DNA of 37,119 nt. Source: a virus. Positions 18,228 to 25,448 of this stretch are shown one piece after another. A model generated the notes under the pieces. The model worked only from the letters and a program-made list of their open reading frames with translations, did not search any database and was not told the origin of the DNA. The position numbers were made by a program, and so were the translations under genes. The stretch covers positions 1 through 37,119 of the IMG/VR virus record IMGVR_UViG_3300029159_000013; one strand, written 5' to 3'. How positions within the stretch are numbered: the stretch's first letter is position 1; each line of letters opens with the position of its first letter.

Positions 18228-18933
18228 CTGCTAAATAGATTTCTTTTAGTCGTTTGTCATTGTCTATGACATCTAATTTATTTGTATTCCTGATTTTGGT
18301 TTTCGAAGCACCTTCGTATGCCATGCGATTTTTTAAATTGGTTAAACGTGTTTTCAACGATGAGCCAGCTCGACGATCTACTTCGTTATAAATCGCTGTT
18401 TGTATTTCTTGATAAGCACCAAATTCACCTTGTGTTTTTGCCATCTTATTAACCAGGCTACGGCATTCTTTGCGCCAATCAGTTGTATTTAAAGCGATAA
18501 TATCCGTGATGTTATCTACCTTGTTTTCAAGACGTTTGTTCGCTATTTCTTGTTTTGCGAGTGATTGGACTACGCTATTCATGAATTGTAGTTCTGGACT
18601 TAAAGTTGACGTATCTAATTGTTCCTTGATGTGATTTTCCATTTGATTAAAAGCCTCAATATATTTCAGTTTGAACTGCAATGCCTTTTGACCAGTGAAT
18701 CCCATTGCTAGTAGTGTGAATCCGTCACGGTTCATAATTACTTGGCGATATGATTGTTTGTTTTGTGGATGAATGTAGGTGTCTTCGTAAAATAAGTCTG
18801 TCCAATTTTGGACACCCTCTTTCAAATTATCCAAGTCACGCAAAACATGTTGGTGATTTTTACTAAACGTTTCAGCAACTTGTAAACTACTTGTTACCGC
18901 TTGTTGGTCTTTCATTATTACTAAATTGTTCAT
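18181..18933 (-). CDS. Rha-family phage regulatory protein / antirepressor.
   Basis: N-terminus MNNLVIMKDQQAVTSSLQVAETFSKNHQHVLRDLDNL is like Phage_pRha. Confidence 0.6.
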   Translation of the reverse strand: MNNLVIMKDQQAVTSSLQVAETFSKNHQHVLRDLDNLKEGVQNWTDLFYEDTYIHPQNKQSYRQVIMNRDGFTLLAMGFTGQKALQFKLKYIEAFNQMENHIKEQLDTSTLSPELQFMNSVVQSLAKQEIANKRLENKVDNITDIIALNTTDWRKECRSLVNKMAKTQGEFGAYQEIQTAIYNEVDRRAGSSLKTRLTNLKNRMAYEGASKTKIRNTNKLDVIDNDKRLKEIYLAVVKDFAIKYGIWKEN

Positions 18934-18950
18934 TTGCTTTATTTCCTTTC

Positions 18951-18959
18951 TGGTATAAT
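18951..18959 (+). promoter_or_regulatory. Extended -10 promoter TGgTATAAT for the plus-strand gene at 19011.
   Basis: Perfect TGnTATAAT 52 nt upstream of GTG 19011. Divergent from the Rha gene start. Confidence 0.45.
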
Positions 18960-19010
18960 TTAATTATCAGCAAGTGGTCTGCTGAAATAACTGATAAGGT
19001 GGTGAAAATA

Positions 19011-19424
19011 GTGAAACTTGATTTATCCTTTACTATTACAGCAATTATTGCCCTTTGTGCTTTGATCACTCCGTTACTCACAACAAAAGTAAATAACTCT
19101 CACCAGATAAAACTAAAACAGTTAGAATTGAGACAGCAGTCAATCAAACAAGAGATAGACTATGTGAGAAATAAAATAGATATCTATCTTCAAACTGTTG
19201 GGGCATACATTGGCGCTGAAACAATTGAAACTCAGTCTGCCTTTGAAGAGGCACACTTTTCTCTTCTTCCTATACTACCTATGAATTTGATTCCTGTATT
19301 CGAAGATTTTTATAACATGTTGATAGTGGACCATCAATTAGAGAAATCAAGAATAGCTCTTCATCAAGCCATTGTCCCAAATCTAAAAAATATGAAAATG
19401 GGCCAGAGTGAAGAGTCCGAATAA
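19011..19424 (+). CDS. Membrane-anchored coiled-coil protein (137 aa, GTG start). Candidate lysogen-expressed moron (superinfection exclusion or Abi-like).
   Basis: RBS AAGGTGGTG 6 nt upstream of the GTG. N-terminal TM helix FTITAIIALCALITPLL. Opposite orientation to the surrounding early genes. Own promoter. Confidence 0.5.
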   Translation: MKLDLSFTITAIIALCALITPLLTTKVNNSHQIKLKQLELRQQSIKQEIDYVRNKIDIYLQTVGAYIGAETIETQSAFEEAHFSLLPILPMNLIPVFEDFYNMLIVDHQLEKSRIALHQAIVPNLKNMKMGQSEESE

Positions 19425-19547
19425 AAGCCATATTACAAAAGTATAAATTGCGTACCATTGATTATTTTCATCTATTTTTTTCATGTATCTTACACACCAG
19501 ATACAGATTAATAAAAAAATAGCCATACAAATTAAAGTAATTTTCAT
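19383..19547 (-). CDS. Small membrane protein (54 aa, two TM).
   Basis: Internal ATG of the 90-aa track ORF with RBS GAAGGGA. The 3' end overlaps the convergent plus gene by about 42 nt. Confidence 0.4.
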   Translation of the reverse strand: MKITLICMAIFLLICIWCVRYMKKIDENNQWYAIYTFVIWLLFGLFTLAHFHIF

Positions 19548-19587
19548 TGTTGTCAGTCCCTTCGAATTGAGCAGCAAATACAAATTT

Positions 19588-19758
19588 CTAAATGGTTGGG
19601 TGCCGAATAATATATCCTCTACCAGGTATCGAAATAACTTCGAGTGATTTTCCATAAGGATTTATTTTGATATCTATATTTTTATCCTCTTGACTACTTC
19701 CAATAGTTGAGAGGATATTTTTTATTTCTTGCTCAGTTCCTTCGATTGTTATTTTCAT
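19588..19758 (-). CDS. Small soluble protein (56 aa) downstream of cro.
   Basis: Excellent RBS AAGGAGA 8 nt upstream of the ATG. Below the track's length cutoff. Overlaps the 5' part of the 90-aa track ORF in another frame. Confidence 0.5.
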   Translation of the reverse strand: MKITIEGTEQEIKNILSTIGSSQEDKNIDIKINPYGKSLEVISIPGRGYIIRHPTI

Positions 19759-20014
19759 GTTCTATCTCCTTAATTATTTTGTTTGTATTTGTTGCATTCC
19801 CCATATTTACAAGTTTTAGTTAGCTTCTTTCTGATAATTGTTACCTTCACTTTTCTTAGATTCACTTTTACTTTTTATTTTACAAACATGTTGTATGCCA
19901 GTACGTCGCGTTAAAACATCAGCAAAAGCTTGTGCCAATAAATCGATATCTACTTTTTCTGACGACTTTTGATTCATATCACACTTCCCTCCTCCTTTGT
20001 TGACATTAGGGAAC

Positions 20015-20221
20015 TCAACGATTAAAAAAAATAGATATTCTAGATTCTGGCATTTCTAATGCTGTTGCTATTTTTGCTAGTTCATCAACTCCCAATGAAA
20101 CTGCACCATTTTCACGTTTTGTATACATACTTCTGGTCCAACCTAATTTTTTTGCTAATTCTTCTTGCGAATAACCCTTAGCAATCCTTTCAGCCTTTAA
20201 ACGATTGAGTTCAAATTCCAT
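20015..20221 (-). CDS. cro: Cro-like XRE-family HTH repressor.
   Basis: 68 aa. HTH QEELAKKLGWTRSMYTKRENG. Divergent from cI. Confidence 0.8.
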   Translation of the reverse strand: MEFELNRLKAERIAKGYSQEELAKKLGWTRSMYTKRENGAVSLGVDELAKIATALEMPESRISIFFNR

Positions 20222-20268
20222 ATTAATAATTCCCTCCTTGATTTTTATTCATCCATGAATGTGCTTTA

Positions 20269-20297
20269 ATGATATATCGACAATTCCCGATTGTCAA
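20269..20297 (-). promoter_or_regulatory. P_cro-like promoter (TTGACA-17-TATCAT) overlapped by the operator palindrome.
   Basis: Read on the minus strand. -35 at 20292-20297 and -10 at 20269-20274. Confidence 0.5.
20279..20295. promoter_or_regulatory. Operator: perfect palindrome GACAAT-N5-ATTGTC.
   Basis: 17-bp inverted repeat in the cI-cro intergenic region, overlapping the P_cro -35 and spacer. Confidence 0.55.
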
Positions 20298-20326
20298 CTA
20301 ATTGTGCCGAATTAGAACATTTTTTG

Positions 20327-20355
20327 TTGACTATTGGGAACTTTATTAGTATTAT
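20327..20355 (+). promoter_or_regulatory. P_cI (maintenance) promoter TTGACT-17-TATTAT.
   Basis: Near-consensus sigma-A hexamers upstream of the cI RBS. Confidence 0.5.
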
Positions 20356-20366
20356 TCTCTTAGGAG

Positions 20367-21083
20367 GTGAATAATTTGAGAACAAACGATGAGATCATGA
20401 CATTAATTACAGATTTGCGCAAACAGAAAAAAATGACATCCACTGAATTAGCAGAAAAAGTAGGGATAGCTAAGTCCGCAATGTCACGTTACGAAAATAG
20501 AACAAGACAATTCCCTGTTAATAAGATATCTGATTTTGCCAAAGCTTTAGAAACAAGTCCAGAATACCTATTAGGATTTGAAGAAGAACCCCTCTCTCAA
20601 ATATTAACGAAAATAAATGAAACCTCAGCTAAGTTAGAAACTAAAAGACAAAAAAATGTATTAATATTTGCCGAGAAAGAATTAGATAAGCAAAACTTTG
20701 AAACGGAATCACGCAATAGAAAAGTTGTTCCATTGGTCGGAAAGACCGCAGCAAATCCTGCAGTTCTAGAATATGGAGATATAGACGTTGAACAGCATTC
20801 TTTCGCACACGTACCGGAAGGAGCAGATTGTGCTATTAATATTCAGGGAGATTCAATGGAACCGCTAATTAAAGATGGAAGCATTGTTTTTTATAAAAAA
20901 CAATGTGATGTTGAAAATGGTGAAATTGCAATCGTAGAAATTGATAATGATGGTGTTACATGTAAGAAAGTAATTAAAGACTACTCAAATAAACAAATTA
21001 TTTTGAGATCAATCAATACCAAATATGAAGATAGAATTTTAGAAAATGAAAAAATTAGAATTATTGGAAAAGTTATATTATAG
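20367..21083 (+). CDS. cI: CI-like repressor: XRE HTH plus S24 (LexA-like) peptidase domain. Start GTG at 20367 or TTG at 20376.
   Basis: HTH sequence TSTELAEKVGIAKSAMSRYE. The C-terminal domain aligns with LexA (PLVGKTAANPA...GDSMEP...TCKK). Confidence 0.85.
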   Translation: MNNLRTNDEIMTLITDLRKQKKMTSTELAEKVGIAKSAMSRYENRTRQFPVNKISDFAKALETSPEYLLGFEEEPLSQILTKINETSAKLETKRQKNVLIFAEKELDKQNFETESRNRKVVPLVGKTAANPAVLEYGDIDVEQHSFAHVPEGADCAINIQGDSMEPLIKDGSIVFYKKQCDVENGEIAIVEIDNDGVTCKKVIKDYSNKQIILRSINTKYEDRILENEKIRIIGKVIL

Positions 21084-21247
21084 AACTTTTGTATTAGACT
21101 TAAAAGTATTCTATTAAAGACCAATCTGTTTAAAAAAATAATTTATAGAAGAATAGTTCGTGGTTAGCTAAGAAATAAATATAAATTTTAACCCTCGGAC
21201 TTTTCTTCTTACAAAAAAAGAACATACATTCTCTAAGGAGGGATATT

Positions 21248-21430
21248 ATGAATAAATATGAAGTAGAAAAAAGACTTTGCGAAGAGTTAAATATTGAATA
21301 TATTAACTTAAGTTTACGTACAGGACCTAGTCATAGATTTACTGAAAAAGAATACCAAGAACTTAAATCTGATTATGCTCAGTTATTTTTACAATTAAAC
21401 AAGCTTAATGTTGAGAAAGACCAAGAGTAG
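21248..21430 (+). CDS. Hypothetical 60-aa protein between cI and the integrase (possible excision / directionality factor).
   Basis: Strong RBS AAGGAGGG. Position inside the lysogeny module. Confidence 0.45.
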   Translation: MNKYEVEKRLCEELNIEYINLSLRTGPSHRFTEKEYQELKSDYAQLFLQLNKLNVEKDQE

Positions 21431-21458
21431 TTTTTAAATAAGATAGGGGGATTCGTTT

Positions 21459-22808
21459 ATGCTAAAGAGAGCAGCGTTATACATTAGGGTTTCTACTGAT
21501 CAACAAGCAAAACACGGGGATAGTTTAGACGCACAAATAGCTACTTTAAAAGATTATGTAAGTACTCAAGACAATTTGACAATCATTGACACGTATATTG
21601 ATGACGGCATTTCAGGACAAAAATTGTACCGCGATGAATTTCAACGCTTATTAGAAGATATAAAAAAGAACAGAATAGATATTATTTTGTTTACCAAATT
21701 AGATCGATGGTTTAGAAATTTACGTCATTACTTAAATATTCAAGAAATATTAGATAATTCTGGCGTAACATGGCTTGCCGTTTCACAACCATTTTTCAAT
21801 ACTGATACTGCTTATGGGCGTTCCTTTGTTAATCAGTCAATGAGTTTTGCTGAATTAGAAGCACAAATGGCATCTGAACGTATCAAAGCAGTATTTGAAA
21901 ACAAAATTAGAAAGGGAGAAGTGGTAACTGGTAGCGTTCCTTTTGGTTATAAAATCTGTGATAAGAAGTTAATACCTAACGAAAATGCACCTATAGCAAA
22001 AGACATTTTTAAACATTATTCTATTCACAACAGTATACGCCTAACTGTTGAATATCTATTCAATGAATATGATATTACAAGAAGTTCTCGAACAATCAAG
22101 CACATGTTAAGGAATAGAAAATATATAGGTGAAGTTTCTGGTAACAAAAATTATTGTCCTCCCATAGTAGATAAGGAAACCTTTGAGAAGGTTCAAAATC
22201 TATTAGATAAAAATATTTCATCTATAGCAAAACGTACTTATATCTTTTCAGGACTGGTAGTATGTAGTTGTTGCGGTAAAAAAATGACTGGACGTTATCG
22301 AAAAAGAAAATATATTAAAAAAGATGGCACAGTGATGTATTATACAAAAAAAGTATACCGTTGTAACGGAAACACTTATAAAAGAAATAAATGCCCAAAT
22401 AAGATAAATATAGCTGAAGAGATACTTGAAGAGTATTTATTAAACAACATTAAAGCAGACGCGGAAAACTTTGAAGCTAAACAGAAGAAAATAGCAGTTT
22501 CTGCTCCTGAAAAAAACAATAATTCAAAAATACTAAAGAAAATAGAACGGTTAAAAAAAGCGTATCTTAATGAGGTTATAAGTTTAGACGAATATAAGAA
22601 AGATAGAAAAGAGCTTGAACAGATGATGATTCAAGTCAAGCCTAAGGAAACTATAGTATTTAAATCAAATTGGTTTAACAAAAATATAGAAAGTACTTAT
22701 CGTGATTTCGATGAAGAAGAAAAAAGATTTGTTTGGAGATCAGTACTTAAAAACTTAATTGTAGACCCTCATAGCAAAATAACAATTAATTTTTTAACAA
22801 AAAATTAG
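21459..22808 (+). CDS. int: Large serine recombinase (integrase).
   Basis: N-terminal resolvase catalytic motif AALYIRVSTDQQ. 449 aa with Cys-rich and coiled-coil C-terminal domains. Confidence 0.85.
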   Translation: MLKRAALYIRVSTDQQAKHGDSLDAQIATLKDYVSTQDNLTIIDTYIDDGISGQKLYRDEFQRLLEDIKKNRIDIILFTKLDRWFRNLRHYLNIQEILDNSGVTWLAVSQPFFNTDTAYGRSFVNQSMSFAELEAQMASERIKAVFENKIRKGEVVTGSVPFGYKICDKKLIPNENAPIAKDIFKHYSIHNSIRLTVEYLFNEYDITRSSRTIKHMLRNRKYIGEVSGNKNYCPPIVDKETFEKVQNLLDKNISSIAKRTYIFSGLVVCSCCGKKMTGRYRKRKYIKKDGTVMYYTKKVYRCNGNTYKRNKCPNKINIAEEILEEYLLNNIKADAENFEAKQKKIAVSAPEKNNNSKILKKIERLKKAYLNEVISLDEYKKDRKELEQMMIQVKPKETIVFKSNWFNKNIESTYRDFDEEEKRFVWRSVLKNLIVDPHSKITINFLTKN

Positions 22809-22860
22809 CCACTTTTAGGAACTGTCCTACTGGATAATTCCATTTAACGCAAACAAAAAA

Positions 22861-22894
22861 CCTCGTTCCCTAGAAGAGAGCGAGGTTTTTTTAT
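22861..22894 (+). terminator. Intrinsic terminator after int. The hairpin has T or A runs on both sides, so it may act in both directions.
   Basis: ACCTCG-N15-CGAGGT followed by T7. Confidence 0.6.
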
Positions 22895-22967
22895 GGACCA
22901 TACAGGACTCGAACCTGTGACCGAACGGTTATGAGCCGTTTGCTCTAACCAACTGAGCTAATGGTCC
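22894..22967 (-). tRNA. tRNA with anticodon CAU, elongator type. Sequence is Ile2 (lysidine)-like. No encoded CCA.
   Basis: Perfect cloverleaf: acceptor GGACCAT/ATGGTCC, D-arm GCTC-AGTTGGTTA-GAGC, anticodon arm AACGG-CTCATAA-CCGTT, T-arm ACAGG-TTCGAGT-CCTGT. G1:C72 is paired and the anticodon stem lacks the three G-C pairs, so this is not an initiator. Confidence 0.8.
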
Positions 22968-22968
22968 T

Positions 22969-23000
22969 GAAAAAACGCTCTGCCTTTAAAGCAGAGCGTT
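22969..23000 (-). terminator. Intrinsic terminator for the upstream minus-strand moron genes.
   Basis: 10-bp stem AACGCTCTGC/GCAGAGCGTT followed by T6 on the minus strand. Confidence 0.6.
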
Positions 23001-23034
23001 TCGAATACAAATTAAGTAACATATCAATGATACT

Positions 23035-23421
23035 CTAAGCAAAACATTCATCTTCTAAGATATCAATATATTTTTTCCTAAATGTTCTGGATTTAAACCA
23101 TCGATCTGTTTTAGTTTCTTGCTTAACTTTATTTTCTGAGATAGCGAATTCAAGCTGGTGTTTAACTACTTCTACTAACATAACTAAGGCTAAGTCGTAT
23201 CTTAGCAATAATTGCTTACAGACAAATAGTATGAACCTTTTATCATCTCTACCTTCCCATGCAATCTTTACATGTACTTTAAATATAAAAAACATTACTA
23301 ACAAAGAGAAAATATAATTTAATTTAATTCGCTCTTGTTTGAACATTAAATGTGTTTTTCTGGTAAGAACAAATAGATAGATTAAAATCGATAAAAATAA
23401 AACTACATAGAATTCCATCAA
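23035..23421 (-). CDS. Membrane protein (two N-terminal TM segments), moron.
   Basis: Hydrophobic N-terminus. Located between the lysis cassette and the tRNA / putative attP. Confidence 0.45.
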   Translation of the reverse strand: MMEFYVVLFLSILIYLFVLTRKTHLMFKQERIKLNYIFSLLVMFFIFKVHVKIAWEGRDDKRFILFVCKQLLLRYDLALVMLVEVVKHQLEFAISENKVKQETKTDRWFKSRTFRKKYIDILEDECFA

Positions 23422-23434
23422 AATCTACTCCCTT

Positions 23435-24004
23435 CTATCTCTTCTTATCTTCATTTTCTAAAACAAATTCTTTTGTCTCTCTGTTCATTTTAACATTCCG
23501 ATCACGATTTGCAAACTTTTTTTTCTTATTATCTTTTTCAATTTTTAGAGCAGTGTGTCTTTTCATTTCTTTTATAGAAGGCGCTTTATAATCTTCATCG
23601 TCTTTTAAAGCAAAGTAACCCGCTATAGGTGAACTACAAAAAACTACAACCCTAGATAAAAATGTCAATATACTTTCTACTATATCCCATTTTAAGCTGT
23701 TGCTTATCAAAAAACAAATAAAAAGAGCTGTGCCCAGCCATGCATAAGTATTTAATATTTTTGCTCTTCTCTTTAATCCTGCTTCACTTTTTGGATCTAC
23801 CGAATAAAAAGCTAAGGCGTTTGAAATATAATATGTAGCTGATGAAATAAGTAGACCACTAATACTAACTGCAGTAAATGAATTAACTGCTAAGGAAACA
23901 CCTGATATTATTGTTAATATAATTTTCCCATTGCTCACGCTTAACTCGTCATATTTGAAATTACTCAACACCATCCACTCCCAATCATCGCTAGATAAAA
24001 GCAT
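23435..24004 (-). CDS. Polytopic membrane protein with a lysine-rich C-terminal tail, moron.
   Basis: About four TM segments followed by KKKKFANRDRNVKMNRETKE. Downstream of the late-operon terminator. Confidence 0.45.
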   Translation of the reverse strand: MLLSSDDWEWMVLSNFKYDELSVSNGKIILTIISGVSLAVNSFTAVSISGLLISSATYYISNALAFYSVDPKSEAGLKRRAKILNTYAWLGTALFICFLISNSLKWDIVESILTFLSRVVVFCSSPIAGYFALKDDEDYKAPSIKEMKRHTALKIEKDNKKKKFANRDRNVKMNRETKEFVLENEDKKR

Positions 24005-24037
24005 ATCATGTTGGAAAGATTACTTCAATACTTTTTT

Positions 24038-24068
24038 AAGAGAAGAGCCGCCTTGGGGAAGGCGACTC
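24038..24068 (-). terminator. Putative terminator after the endolysin gene.
   Basis: GC-rich stem GAGTCGCCTT-cccc-AAGGCGGCTC followed by TTCTCTT. Confidence 0.4.
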
Positions 24069-24128
24069 AAGAGAAATTTAATAAGTGTAAGTTTATTCTA
24101 AACTAAGGACTAAAGAAAGACAAGTCTT

Positions 24129-25214
24129 TTAATATCCAGTACCCCAAGTATTGTCTGGGTTGCCGTCGTTTGGACCAACAGGAATGTAAATTCTAGTTCC
24201 GTTTGAATCAGAACCACCTAGCCAAACATAGCCATCTGCCACGTGAACGGAATCATATCTAAATTGAGACCCCTTCGGCCATACTCCGTAAATTGGCGCG
24301 TACAAACTAGGTGATCCAGTACGCAACACAATGCCTTCATTTACACCAATAGTGAATGTTTTAGCTGGTGCTGGTTTACTGTTTTTCCAAAGCTCCGCAA
24401 TATCACCATCGTTCGCATAACCTAGTAATTTACCGCTATTTTCAACACGATATAGATTTTTACGGCCATTTAGTTTTTGTGTAATGGTTCCAACTTGTGT
24501 CCACAGTGTATCTGCGTTGACATGCTGTGCAATTGGTGCGTCTGGATTTTTATATATAGTAGTGAATCGGATATTTTGTCCTACTTTATATTTGGGTTTA
24601 TTAGGCTTGCCAGGGTTTACAATAACATCCGAGCCATCTTCTGGCAATCCAGTTTGTAAATCTTGTGCAAACTGTGCCTTACTAATCCCCCAAGATGCCA
24701 AATAGCCGTATGGATCTGTGTGATTTCCACCTAAATTGTTTGTCACCCACAAATGAGTTTTTATGCCGTAACCTGTCGGATCGTCTAAATCAAACGTCAC
24801 ATTAATTTGACGTGCTAAATCACGTAATAAGTTAACGTAAGCTGCATAGTCTTTCTTAAACATAGCTTTATTTGAAGTATTGGCTAATTCGACTTGTGCA
24901 TAAGCATAAGGGTTTGCATCTCCTGCGCCCCAAGCTATACGACCGTTTTCCGCTACCTGAAGTACACGGCCCCCTCCACCTACAACATATTGCGTAAACG
25001 CTTCTTGTCGTTGCCAGTTGTTAAGCATGTTATTGGCTTCGTTTTCTACACCAGCGTCCATATTTGCAGTATCATGCGCAATGATGTATCGATTAACTGT
25101 TGATGGCCAACCTGCGTTAATATTTCCGCGGGTTTCTACTTGGTAAGCATCTACATTGATTGCGGGCATAAAAAATAGAGCGACAAGCGCTCCAACTAAA
25201 ATTTTCTTTTTCAT
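24129..25214 (-). CDS. Endolysin: N-acetylmuramoyl-L-alanine amidase (Amidase_2, Ply511-like) with an N-terminal Sec-type signal peptide and a C-terminal cell-wall-binding region.
   Basis: Signal peptide MKKKILVGALVALFFMPAINVDA. Catalytic domain IIAHDTAN...YVVGGGGRVLQVAE...WGAGDANPYAYAQVEL is very similar to the Listeria phage A511 amidase. Confidence 0.8.
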   Translation of the reverse strand: MKKKILVGALVALFFMPAINVDAYQVETRGNINAGWPSTVNRYIIAHDTANMDAGVENEANNMLNNWQRQEAFTQYVVGGGGRVLQVAENGRIAWGAGDANPYAYAQVELANTSNKAMFKKDYAAYVNLLRDLARQINVTFDLDDPTGYGIKTHLWVTNNLGGNHTDPYGYLASWGISKAQFAQDLQTGLPEDGSDVIVNPGKPNKPKYKVGQNIRFTTIYKNPDAPIAQHVNADTLWTQVGTITQKLNGRKNLYRVENSGKLLGYANDGDIAELWKNSKPAPAKTFTIGVNEGIVLRTGSPSLYAPIYGVWPKGSQFRYDSVHVADGYVWLGGSDSNGTRIYIPVGPNDGNPDNTWGTGY

Positions 25215-25448
25215 TTATTTGTCTCCTTTTCTATCTGATAATCCAGGCGTTGTATGGTCTGTCACAATTCCTAAAATAGTTAATACAACAAACACTGCAT
25301 TGACAACATCTAACAGCTGCTGATTAATCACATCAATTTGAAATTTATACCCAAAAGGGACTGCAACTACTTGAACAAGTAGCAAAACTGCAGGAATAAG
25401 AGACAACCAGAATTGTTTATTTTTTATTCTTGATTTCCAATCAATCAT
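25215..25448 (-). CDS. Holin, phiLC3 / LL-H family. Start at the internal ATG at 25448, giving 77 aa.
   Basis: MIDWKSRIKNKQFWLSLIPAVLLLVQ matches the family's N-terminus. Two TM segments. Immediately upstream of the endolysin (TAAATG junction). Confidence 0.7.
   Translation of the reverse strand: MIDWKSRIKNKQFWLSLIPAVLLLVQVVAVPFGYKFQIDVINQQLLDVVNAVFVVLTILGIVTDHTTPGLSDRKGDK

Noticed and set aside
18887-19081. 64-aa minus-strand ORF and the N-terminal extension of the 18891..19424 plus ORF
   Set aside because: Both overlap the Rha gene / promoter region and lack an RBS. The plus gene is better explained as starting at GTG 19011 with its own SD.
19383-19655. 90-aa minus-strand ORF as a single gene
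   Set aside because: Its first ATG lacks an SD and overlaps a better-supported 56-aa gene in another frame. It is split into two small genes instead.
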